A DNA stretch of 61,399 nucleotides, from contig NC_068981.1 of NCBI RefSeq assembly GCF_001194135.2, forward strand, positions 144,393,970-144,455,368, read 5' to 3'. Position numbers and translations under genes: made by a program. Each line of letters begins with the position of its first letter. Position 1 is the stretch's first letter. The DNA is from Octopus bimaculoides (Eukaryota). The notes below the pieces were generated by a model. The model saw nothing but the letters and a program-made list of their open reading frames with translations, searched no databases and was not told the DNA's origin. Positions 50,016-61,399 of the stretch are shown here, piece after piece.

Positions 50016-51100
50016 GGCGCCGCGCTGGCAGAGTTGTTAGATGGTCGGAGAAAATGCCAAACCGTATTTTTTACCTTCTGATTTCAAATTCTGCCGCGAT
50101 CTACTTTGCCTTTCATTCTGTAGAGGTCGATAAAATGAAACACAAATTAAATACCGCAGTCTACAGTATTGGTGGCCAGTTTACAGTACTGGCGGCCTTG
50201 TGCCTCAATAAGAAACCATTATTGAGTGGCTCACAAGACCGACAGTAACAACATAAACAGCAATGATGACACCAGCTGCAGCAATATAACAACAACAACA
50301 ACAACAACCACTGATTTTGAATTGCACAATCTCTCAGAAGGACAGAACCGAATATATTGAGGTCTTCAGGAGAGGGATAACAACATATGAGGCAAAGAAT
50401 ATGGGAGAGTTTGGCAAAACCGTTCTTTGGTGCTAACCAGTTGTCTTCTCTTATTCGAGGCTGACTCGTTTGATATCAGATGTCTTAAAGTCTTTCGTTT
50501 GGGCGGCGAGCTGGCAGAATTGTTCACACGCTAGACAAAATAATTAGCGGTATTTCGTCAGTCTTTACGTTCTGAGTTCAAATTCCACTTCAGTTGACTT
50601 TCCCTTTCGAGGTCGATAAAATAAGTACTAGCTGAAAACTGGGGTCGGTCAATTCGAATTAACCCCTGTCCCGAAATTGCTGACCTTGTGTCAAAATTTT
50701 ATTCCAATATTTTTCTCGTTTAGGCAGCGAAATGGCAGAATCGTTAACACGCTGAGCAAGATGATTAGCGGTATTTCGACTGTCTTTATGTTCTGAGTTC
50801 AAATTGCATTGAGTTTGCATTGCCTTGCATCATTTCGGCGTGGATAAAATAAGTACCAGTTGAGCACTGGGGTCGATTTAATCGACTTGGCCCTTTGCCT
50901 TGTCTCTTGTACCAAAAGTTGAAAGCTTTATTATTATTGTTGTTGTTGTTGCTTCTATTGATGAAGGGATGAACTGACAGAACCGTTAACTACGCTGGAC
51001 AAAATGATAAGCTGCATTTCTTCCGACATTAAGTTCTGTGTTTAAACTCACTCGACGTCGACTCCGCTTTTGATCTTTTTGAGGTCGAGTGAGTTTAAAC
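50016..51100 (+). mobile_element. Four SINE-A copies (about 50016-50225, 50501-50712, 50722-50940, 50964-51100)
   Basis: Each has a GGCGGCGAGCTGGCAGAA-like head and a GTTCTGAGTTCAAAT-like B-box. Confidence 0.85.
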
Positions 51101-51118
51101 AAGATCGGNNNNNNNNNN

Positions 51119-51810
51119 TAGACTGTATAGGCACGGATGTGTTGCCAGATGGTCTTGTCCGAGGTGTCTATTTTTCACGGACTCGTTCAGTGTCCGGGCA
51201 TTGTTGACTTGTGGGGTAATGTCGAACAGCTACTGTCACGTGTGGGAGGGAAGGACCTATCTATCGACCGAGTCCATAGTGATGAACACCCCACCGAATT
51301 GTTTTTTAATCAGGTCGATAAAGCAGTTTTCCTTCGCCTGATGGATGTGGGGCAAGAGGTTGAAAGGCATAAGGACAAATACCTTTCTCTTTGGTAGAGC
51401 CCTCATCAACTTTTTCAAGTTTCACTTGAAAAGGAAAATGGGGGTGGAGAGGGAGGTTCTGTCCGTGAGTGAATTTTTGAAAGATGGGTGAAATTAACGA
51501 AATTGGCAAGAGTGGATGGTACCACTCTATGTGTAGAACTGTGAGTCGAAGAAAAGGGAGATCTTGGACGGTGGGGTTCCTCGATTACCCCTAGACGTTC
51601 TACTGTAACAGGGGACCACATCACTAACATCCTATTTTTTACTGTTCTAAAGTATGTATACTTCCCTTCTTTGTTTCGTTGTATACCGTTTATACTTTCA
51701 ATTTCTTGTTTTATTTCTTTTTATCATTTCATTATATGTAAACCCCAACACATTATGTCTATCTTTGAATTGCACCCTTAGCCTTCGCCCAGGTAGAAAA
51801 CAAAAGAATT
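51119..51810 (+). mobile_element. L1/Tx1-like LINE 3' end (knuckle, C-terminus, 3' UTR)
   Basis: HGLVQCPGIVDLWGNVEQLLS matches HAIVQCPKISELWVYVEQLLS at 40.5 kb; FFKFHLKRK and KRW; T-rich UTR. Confidence 0.8.
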
Positions 51811-51833
51811 TATTGTTTTTGTTATTATTGTTA

Positions 51834-52146
51834 AGGCGGCGAACTGACAAGATCGTTAGCACACCGGTCAAAATACTAAGCAGCATTTTCTCCGTCCTTA
51901 CGTTCTGAGTTCAAATTCCACCGAGGTTGACATTATCGTTCATCCTTTCGGGGTCGGTAAATTAAGTACCAGTGAAACAACGGGGTTATGTAATCTACTT
52001 ATCCCTCCACCATTTCAAATTCCAAGCCTTGTGCCATTTAGTAGAAAGGATTATTATTTTTATCATTAAGGCGATGAGCTGATAGAACTGTTAGCACGCC
52101 GGACAAAATGGTTAGCGGCATTTCATCTGATCGTACGTTCTGAATT
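51834..52146 (+). mobile_element. SINE-A full copy plus the 5' fragment of another
   Basis: 51834-52056 is complete with an (ATT)n tail; 52068-52146 is head only. Confidence 0.85.
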
Positions 52147-53040
52147 TATCATTGCTGTTGTTGCTTAGCTAAGACAAATAGTAGATATCATCCCTGCCAA
52201 TGCAATAATGATTAGAACGCAAAACTATAAGTGAATAAAACATTTGTCAGTTATAGATTGCGACTACAAGTTATGGTCGCGTATAGTTCCACTCAGTAGC
52301 ACGTAATTGCAGTTTCTCGTATTGGACTATGCAGATATTGTTTTCAGAAATCAGCATATGAAGTCATATGGATTTTTTTCCACATCAACCTTTGTGTTTT
52401 AACAACATAAATTGCATGAAAAAATTGGATTTTACGATCAATAATGTTTAACATTCGTTCATTATCCTCACATGACGACAAGAAACCAAATTTGTTTTAC
52501 TGGTCGGTGTTTTAAGTATTTTATTTTGTCTTTCATTTTTGTAACCATGATTTTGTAAAGAATGGAAGAGGACGGTTGAAGCAATAAAACTAAAGAATTT
52601 TGGAAATAATAAAAAAAGCCCTGCTGTTTTACGGTAAGATTCTGTATTGCAGAGAACAATACAATTACCGTTAGAATTTTTTACTTCGTAAAACGTATTT
52701 TTCAGTCAACATACTCATGCACATACACAACATATAACACACACAGAATATATATATATATATATAGTGGGGCGTGCGTGCGTGTGTGTGTGTATGTATG
52801 TATGCATGAATGTAAGCATGTATAGATTAGTTACATGATTCATTAGAATCTAGGGTTAGCAACATATAGGGCGCCAGAAATGGCTAGGGCGAATAACAGA
52901 GTTCGCATTGAGGTAAAAATAGCCATGAAGGTATCACATGTTGGCAGGATACTGTAGATATGTAAGTACAAAATCCAATTTAAACCGTTGACCCGACTCA
53001 GTGCTGGTTCTAGGTGCGACATAAGTATATTTGTGTTCTG

Positions 53041-53090
<50 letters not shown>

Positions 53091-53469
53091 TTATCTATCG
53101 ATCTATCTGCCTATTTGTCTTTCTACCTATCTACCATTATACACACGTACATACATACATACATATATACATACATACATACACACAACACACACATAGA
53201 TGTGTGAGAGTGTACGTGTGTGTTGTGTATGTGCAGAAAAATAGATGGGGAGATGCATGTACATAAGCATTTGCGAGTATTGGTTATGCACGCCAGAAGT
53301 TTGCATCGAAGGAACATAAACTTAGGTTCAGTTCGAATGCACAACTTTGGCACATATATTTTGTTATATATTGTAGGAGAGTTTGGTATATACGTAAATT
53401 GTGCAGAAGTATGTCACATACATGCATACAAACATACATACATACATACATACAAACAAACAAAAATAC

Positions 53470-53830
53470 AGTTGCTGATGTTCAAATTCCAATGAAGGAG
53501 CCTTGAATGTGGGTTATAAACTGGTTCTTTCTCATACATGGTGGTTGTTTACTTATGTAGAGTCTGACACCACCTCTTGTACTTACACTTTAGATCTATT
53601 ATGGCGTCTGATGTGGCTTTTAAACCTGAGAATGTATTGCAAAGACACCCACATAGACTGCATATTTGACTTGGACCACTAAGACTTTCAGTTAAATCCT
53701 GATCTTTGTGGATCTCAAAATATCTTTTGAGGCCTATGTTAGATTTGCAGACCATATGACAGACACGACATTGAAAGGTATGCACAGATATAAAGGCAGA
53801 GTAGTTGGTGGAGGTTCATTTTTCATGGGT
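53470..53830 (-). mobile_element. Probable RTE-like LINE 3' end with two C2H2-like fingers
   Basis: FQCRVCHMVCKSNIGLKRYFEIH and CSLCGCLCNTFSGLK (SHIRRH after a 1-nt shift), then a short UTR ending CATCAGCAAC. Confidence 0.55.
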
Positions 53831-54202
53831 CCGCAAACGAGATTTGAACCCAGCAAAACAATTGCATGGTCTACCACAAACTGTGCACACAAAAAGGTCA
53901 CGTACATACATGTACATACAAGTAATCTCATCCCGATGATTAGCTACGTTGAGCATAGATCGTTGTTTTAGTATTGCATCACGAACTTCAGCTAGCTAAG
54001 AAACATTTTGGATTTTTATTCGCACTTATAGCAGCTCTAATTGCTATTTATCAGCTCATCGAATTTTCTCGGAACTTCAATATGGGGTTACTAATAATTT
54101 ATTATTGTTTCTTATTGTATACTGTCCATTTTTTGCCCTCTATACCTACCTCTCATAGTTTGAAGCTTACCAACTTCCTACACTCGGATCCCAAGATCGT
54201 AG

Positions 54203-54238
<36 letters not shown>

Positions 54239-54959
54239 TATTTGGCGTGTGTGTTTAGCTCGATTAAAATTTAAATTTGCCTGACTTATAACCAGTATTT
54301 AAACCTCCAGTTTGTATTATTGATCTCGTATCAGTCTGTATGAATCTGGGGTCACAGTATACATCACAGTATGTATATGGATAATAAAACATATCCTGAG
54401 AGATTGTTTATATAGTATTTGCTTACACCATTTTACAGATGTTTCATTAACAAATAGTGATTGTTAGTTAAATAAGGTAAATAACATAATGAACATGCAA
54501 TGGCAAATCTTCAGAAACATGCAGATAACTGAGTGGGATCCTTGCCCAGGTTAGTATCTTCTATCACGAATCGAGTAATGTTAAGTCTAACGCTTAATGG
54601 ACTTCGAAGTTTACACATTGCATATTGATTATGTTGCTTACATTAAGTAACAAATTTGAATTCTTTGTAAATGAAAAATAAAATGTTATACGGAAATATC
54701 TTATGGAAACCTCGTGCTTTCTTTTGTTATACGCACACACATATATGCATATATATACACAGACATACACATGTATGTGTATGCATGTGCTTATACATAA
54801 TTTTACATGTGTGTGCACATTTAAATATATATATATATATGTACACATATTAAATACACATGCTGAAAAAAAAAAATATATATATATATAATATATATAT
54901 ATATAGCAAATATGTAACAAGGATGTCCAGGTATAAGTGTATTACGGCCGTTTCAAGTG

Positions 54960-55392
54960 ACTCCATTTAATCGATCAATGCAAGCATTACATCAATTTGA
55001 AATAAACCGCTCCCCTCGGAGGCATAATGCCATATAGGTTTTCAGTATACAGGATACTCCATCATAATTTTTTTTAGCAGATTTTTCACAAGTACTAGAG
55101 AATAAAAGAATTACAATGCTCACTGCTGTCACTCAAAGCCTGCTATAATATAAAATTACTACGAGGGATTAGTAATAATAATAATATTGTCAATAGTGTT
55201 TTAAACTCCTGTAATGAAGAAAAGAATACTGGATATGTAGGAATCCAGAATAATAGAACTAATATATATAATATAAACAAAGATACTGCTAAGTATAACT
55301 CAGACATTACTGACACAACACCTGGTAATAATGCAAAGAATTTAAGTGGTACTATAAATTATAGAAGTAATATTACTATTATTATTATTATT

Positions 55393-55455
<63 letters not shown>

Positions 55456-56260
55456 AAGAAGAAGAAGAAGAAGAAGAAGAAGAAGAAGAAGAAGAAGAAG
55501 AAGAAGAAGAATATCCCCAGCTGCAATTATAGGGTAAAATCCCAGTACCCGTTATTAGGTCGTTGTTTAGCCCAAAATGTTGTTTACAAATGTACAGTTT
55601 TGACTGGAACTAGTAACTTTATATATATCACGTATTCGATAAGTATGAAGATATGCCTTAATAACCATCTTTCATCTTTTAGACTTAGACATAAAGCTAA
55701 TAGTACATCTTTATCTAGTAATATCTGGGAACTTAAGGAAAGTGATAGTAGATTTAACCTTAAAAGGAATATAGTACGGAGAGCTCAGCCATATAAAGAT
55801 AACAGACAGGGATGCGAACTATGTTCTATGAAGATTTATGAAATATTTAAGTATAGAGATAGGAATAACCTAATTAATAACAAATTAGACCTCAGAATAT
55901 CTCGTGTACATAGCATCACTCGTACATTTCAATATTTTGGAAACAAATAATATTATACTTATCATACTATGATCTAGCGGTAGAAATAATCTCGGGTGTC
56001 ATATCTTTCACAACATATCCTCTAATATATAGAATTATATATAACTATTGCCCTGTTATAACCCTTACCAGTTTATTCTGCATTCATCCTATATGTAGAT
56101 TGCACTGTTTTTCCTTCAGGTCTAAGACTCCCTTCTCTATCAGTCATAATAAGTACGTTTACAAGGAATTACCAGATCTTACGCCTCCCCTAAGTATATG
56201 CTATACTCCCTAGAAACTGTATGATTCTACACCCATCAGGGCCTGTAATATTACACCTTA
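54960..56260 (+). mobile_element. Penelope-like element 3' part: linker plus GIY-YIG endonuclease
   Basis: Stop-free frame 55099-55950: CNYRVKSQYPLLGRCLAQNVVYKC..FIYI..NNHLSSF..NSTSLSSNIWELK..CELCSMK. Confidence 0.8.
55366..55510. repeat. (ATT)n(AAT)n(AAG)n triplet run inside the PLE frame
   Basis: Directly visible. Confidence 0.95.
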
Positions 56261-56266
56261 CAAATA

Positions 56267-57450
56267 CATGACAGAAGTAAATAGACACCCATATAATCAT
56301 TAAAATTTATTTAAATCTGAAATTATTTATTAATTCTTATAATGTGAATAATTGATATTTAGTAGACAATCCATTTTCATTTTTCAATGCAAGGTCCCTA
56401 TTAAGCATATTACTAATTATATGACGAATATTCTCTTGCGGAATTTCTTACCAAGTTTCATGCAGTAATCTCAAAAGATCTGGCTTTGAAGATTTTTTCT
56501 TATTTTTTTTATGAAGTGTCCTGTCCATTATGTCCCAGAGTTTGGCCATGGAAGTTTTTTAATGCCAATCTCTTCCAACAAATCTTGGGTCATTTTAGCC
56601 TTGTGACAAATAGCCCCATCTTCCATAAATAAAAAGTCTTGTTTAATCATTTCCCGCTGGAGAAGATTGGAAGGAGACCTTTCTGCCATATGGACACATA
56701 TTTATCTAAGTTTATGCTTCCCTCATAGTCCACCAACTCCAAATTGTTCCCTAGACCATCACAGAATAGCTGCCGTGTTTCATTGTTGGCTGCAATCCTT
56801 TCACATCAAATTCTTGATCACAGTATCTCCAGACCCACACTCGACCACTGTCAAGAAATACAGAAAATCTGGACTCATCAGAGTATATGACAGTGTCTCA
56901 AAATGTTAATGTCATCTCCACCATCTCACTGGCCCTATCTTTTCTCCGCTTGATGTTGGCTGCTCGAGGAAATAGCTTCCTTCTTGCTGTTCTACCATAC
57001 TAACTAAGTTTGTGAAGATACTTGACAACTGTTCTGGGACTTACATTAACTTGTTCTCCTATTTCAGAGGCCTTGCAACGAGGATTACACTCTGCACTTC
57101 TCTTAACAAAGAGAAGGGTCCTGTCAGAGGGCCCTGGTTGAGCTGGGTGAGGTTATGTAGACTCCTTCTTCTCTGGTGAATTGCACAATCAATCCATTAA
57201 CTGTAGAAAGCAAGATCCCAAGGTTTGCTGCCATTTTACGCTGACTATGTCCACCTTCAAAAGGACCGACAATACGGCCTCTTTAAAATTCAGGCAGTTC
57301 CAAGGCTACTTTTGTACACGGCATCATTAAACAGTTACATATAGAACATGAAACACAAAAATGTCAAGTAATAAAAAATATAAACCTTCACAAGTTAGAA
57401 TAAACATAAAACGATGTTTTATGTGGTGTCCATTTACTTCATGTCTGTCA

Positions 57451-57451
<1 letters not shown>
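56267..57451 (-). mobile_element. Tc1-like element, transposase pseudogene
   Basis: Imperfect TIRs (..AAGTAAAT(A/G)GACACC) with TA flanks; RGRIVG, VIYSDESRF, KHG..VMV, FMEDGAICH. The SPDLNPIE segment is deleted. Confidence 0.88.
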
Positions 57452-57530
<79 letters not shown>

Positions 57531-57572
57531 ACGTATTTCCTTACATTTTCACACACATATATATATGCGTAT

Positions 57573-57795
57573 ACTCTTTTCTTTACTATTTTATTTGTTT
57601 CAGTCATTTGACTGCGGCCATGCTGGAGCACCGCCTTTAGTCGAACAATTCGACCCCGGGACTTATTCTTTGTAAGCCTAGTACTTATTCTATCAGTTCC
57701 TTTTGCCGAACAGCTAAGTAATGGGGACATAAACGCACCACCATTGGTTGTCAAGCAATGCTAGTGGGACAAACACAGACACAAACACACACACA

Positions 57796-57832
<37 letters not shown>

Positions 57833-58007
57833 TTACATACATACGACGGGCTTCTTTCAGCTTCCGTCTACCAAATCCACTCACAAGGCTTCGGTCGGCC
57901 TGAGGCTATAGCAGAAGATACTTATCAAAGGTGACACACAGTGGGACTGAACCCGGAACCATGTAGTTGGTAAGCAAGCTACTTACCACACAGCCACTCC
58001 TGCGCCT
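57573..58007 (-). mobile_element. SINE-B, full length
   Basis: Tail, internal CA tract and head present. Confidence 0.92.
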
Positions 58008-58504
58008 ACATATACATATATATAGATATATACATAAATTTACTCATATATGCATACATCGAACGACATTCAGAGTATGGTATCAACCCATATATAATAA
58101 ATGTCTCTGCATAGCCCTCCATACTTATAGATGCATGTATATACATACAAACAGGTATTTATATATATATATGTGTATATTTATCTATTTATTTCCATAT
58201 GTACATACATATTTGTATATGTCACATTTACATACATACTTATATGCATACATACACACCTGATATACAAGATATGCGTCGACCTGGGGACCCTGAAGCT
58301 ATGCGAAATGAAATCTCATGCTCAAGATATCATGAAGTGGGTGTGAATGTACTAGAAATCACACAATAGTAAATCTGACATTGCCATTATAACTCACGTA
58401 ATACGTGCGTACAAAAAACTAATTTGTTTTTGTGAAATTACATGCATACATGTATATATATATATATATATATACACGCATATATACGTAATACGTATTT
58501 GGAT

Positions 58505-58556
<52 letters not shown>

Positions 58557-59248
58557 TCACATACATACACATTTATGCATATATAGATACATTTATACAT
58601 AAATGCATATACAGTTATGACAGTTATGATCCGAAAAAAGTATAACTTTTACTTGGAATTCTGAATTTTGGGTTATTGTTATATATACACACTTATTTAC
58701 ACATAAATAATATTTTGGGGTGTCTGTGTGAGGATATGTATGTGTGCGTTTTTGTGTGTGTATTTAAGTGTAAGCGTACATACTTTACTTGACAACCTTC
58801 GTTTGGGCACGTAATACGGCGAAGACATAAATTACACCATTTTCGTGCTATTGCTAAACAAAGAAACAAATACTTCCACACTTAAAACGTTTCAGTATTT
58901 CTGAATAATCTAAATATACGCACGTATATAATGTTCTGGACTATGTTTATTACCGCTTCACATTATAGATCACCCACCTGGAAGCACTTTAATTACGAAC
59001 GCATGTTAAACAGACCAGTGAACTTTCTTTACTCAAGAATAAGAACCTTTCCTATTTATGCAGTATTTTTTAATATTGTTTTATTTTCCTGCAGATTGAA
59101 GAAAATACAAAAGCAAAACAAAAAAAAAAAATGTAGTTGTTATCGAAACCGGAAAATTTCTCAAAGAAATTATGAAATGATAAGAAAAATACATAACTGA
59201 GATAATAGTTGTTTTCTTTGGATGTTATAATGGTTTTCTCTCTCACTC

Positions 59249-59325
<77 letters not shown>

Positions 59326-59623
59326 TGCTACATATGAGATACAGAAAATGCCTGTTTTACTCTGTGTGTTACACGAGCAATTTTAATTCGATTTGGAACT
59401 TAAAACCAAGCAAACGTATATTGTTCAAGTCACAAAAACATGTCACCTACAAAATATTTTCTATACATAAAAGGCATCACTTGTTTGTTCGTATTTGGTT
59501 TCCTATTCTTTCTGTCACACTATAGGAACGTAGTACGAGAAAATAATGTCAGTACCGGGAAAGGTGAAAAAGGTATACAGACACACACGCATACGCGCGC
59601 GCGCACGCACACACACATACAAA

Positions 59624-59670
<47 letters not shown>

Positions 59671-59678
59671 GCGCGCGC
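59624..59678. repeat. (CA)n running into (CG)11
   Basis: CG repeated from 59656 to 59677. Confidence 0.95.
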
Positions 59679-60130
59679 AGAGAAAGTATTATAAAGAGAG
59701 CTGTATAAGTATATAAGTAGAAAATTCGGTGTCTTATTGGACGAAAAGGAAGAAAATGTTCCGGAAATGAGGGAGCACGAGTACTAAAGGAAAAGAAGAT
59801 AAAGCTCTGCAACAAGGGGAGGGAATTAGGGTGATAACGTGAATAAGGCATAGAGAGTGGGAGAACCATAAGGAGAATAACAGATATAGACAGGGAGAGA
59901 AAAATGTACATAATATTGATGTGTGTGTGTGCATGTGTGGGCAACATCTTCAGAAATCAAAATGCAAAGTGAAAGTAGATTTTAAGGGGAAGGAAATGAT
60001 AGGAAATATTTTAAATAAATGAAAAAAGAAAAAAAAAGAAACAAAGAATTTTAATTCGTACAAGTATAACACATGTGGATGATGGAATGAGAGCGTAAGT
60101 GTTAGTAAATTTAAGAAATATTCAGATATA

Positions 60131-60211
60131 CAGTAATCCCTCGACTATCGTGGGTGTTACATTCCCAAAACCCCTCGCAATAGGTAAAAATCCGCGAAGT
60201 AGAAACTACTG
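60131..60211 (+). mobile_element. Tigger/pogo-like MITE terminal fragment
   Basis: TA followed by CAGTAATCCCTCGACTATCG..CCCCTCGCAATAGGTAAAAATCCGCGAAG, typical of Tigger-type ends. Confidence 0.55.
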
Positions 60212-60212
60212 T

Positions 60213-60617
60213 ACTCTTTTACCTCTTTTACTTGTTTCAGTCAATTTGACTGTGGCTATGCTGGAGCACCACCTTTAGTCGACCAAATCAACCCCAGGAC
60301 TTATTCTTTGTAAGCTTAGTACTTATTCTATTGCCGAACCGATAAGTTACGGGGACGTAAACACACCAGCATCGGTTGTAAAGTGACATTGGGGGGACAA
60401 ACACAAACACATAAACATATACTCACACACGTATATATATCTATACATATATACGACGGTCGTCTTTCAGTTTCCGTCTGTCAAATCCACTCACAAGGTT
60501 TTGGTCGGCCCGAGGCTATAATAGAAGACACTTGCCCAAGGTGTCACGCAGTAGGACTGAACCCGGAATCATGTGGTTCGTAAGCAAGCTACTTACCACG
60601 CAGCCACTCCAGCGCCT
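60213..60617 (-). mobile_element. SINE-B, full length
   Basis: Tail, body and head present. Confidence 0.9.
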
Positions 60618-60769
60618 AATACATTATATTTTTTAATCATTTTTATAATTTACCTATTTTTATCAATAATATTATTACGCTTAGATTTTCTTTTCGTTTT
60701 GTACCTACATGTCGTGTGTGTCACACTTACTTCAAAGTAAGAATAAAAAGGTTGAAGCGAGAGGTACAA

Positions 60770-61110
60770 AAAAAGAAGAGAAATAAAAGGTGTTAAGCAA
60801 AGGAGGTATGCTTGAAGTGAGTGGCAAAGCGAATGAGAGGGGAGAGACGGAAGCAGAGGAAGCATAGTTGAAGTGAGAGGCAAAGTGACAAAGAGGAGGA
60901 AGTAAGGAGTGAGAGAGAGAGAGAGAGAAGGGAGATTGATAGCACTGAGAGGTAAGAGAAATATTACGCGTTAAACGCAGGAGGACATTTAGAAGGAAGG
61001 AGACATGGAGAAGGGAGAGGGAGAAGGAGGGGAAAAGAGAGTGATTTAGCGAGATAGATTGAGTGAAGGAAGGGAGTGGATAGAGAATAATAGTGAAGGA
61101 GAATGGAACC
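60770..61110. repeat. Purine-rich (G/A) low-complexity tract
   Basis: Strongly strand-biased composition. Confidence 0.8.
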
Positions 61111-61202
61111 ATTCTCACACAGAAAACGTTAGAAAACTTTTCGTTCAAGACGATATATGATAAAACCATTGAAAATATGGAAACTGCAAAAGGAAATGTT
61201 AC

Positions 61203-61236
<34 letters not shown>

Positions 61237-61399
61237 GGACAGACGGTAGACGTGTCGGCTCCGTAAGTTTTGACTTTTTCATGTTTTAAAAAGTTTGTTT
61301 GTAAAGTTTATTTTATATAGAAAGTTGTATAACAACTTGTATACTCTCTGGTGCAAGTTTTTTGCGACGGAAATCTGCCCTGTGTGGCACATTTCCAGG

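Noticed and set aside
56185-56240. Possible hammerhead ribozyme downstream of the Penelope-like ORF (GTATA-TGC-TATAC hairpin, then GAAAC)
   Set aside because: No CUGANGA core, and GAAA does not directly follow the stem. An Infernal search would be needed.
59095-59200. Strong acceptor TTTTCCTGCAG on + with a Lys-rich stretch
   Set aside because: The phase-0 frame stops after 13 codons and no convincing donor follows.

Overview
This is a repeat-dense, AT-rich eukaryotic window with more than 20 N-gaps and many microsatellites. The SINE families look like those of octopus; that is my recollection, not a database result. No intact host gene is recognisable, and most long ORFs in the track are artefacts of N-runs or dinucleotide repeats. 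Transposons found: at least four Tc1/mariner-superfamily families; L1/Tx1-like, CR1, RTE-like and CRE-like LINE fragments; a Penelope-like GIY-YIG fragment; hAT, Tigger-like, Helitron-like and fold-back MITEs; and about 35 SINE copies. I label the SINE families A-D and one further repeat E; these are working names. The best non-transposon signal is a roughly 300 bp segment present twice, 6.6 kb apart (42.0-42.3 kb and 48.6-48.9 kb, minus strand). It reads as two phase-0 exons around a ~108 nt GT-AG intron and encodes an acidic, Tyr-containing peptide. Its coding status is not established. Other oddities are a mariner built from two left ends, a doubly deleted LINE, nested fold-back elements and same-strand SINE chains. 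All alignments were done by eye, so coordinates of degenerate repeats are approximate.
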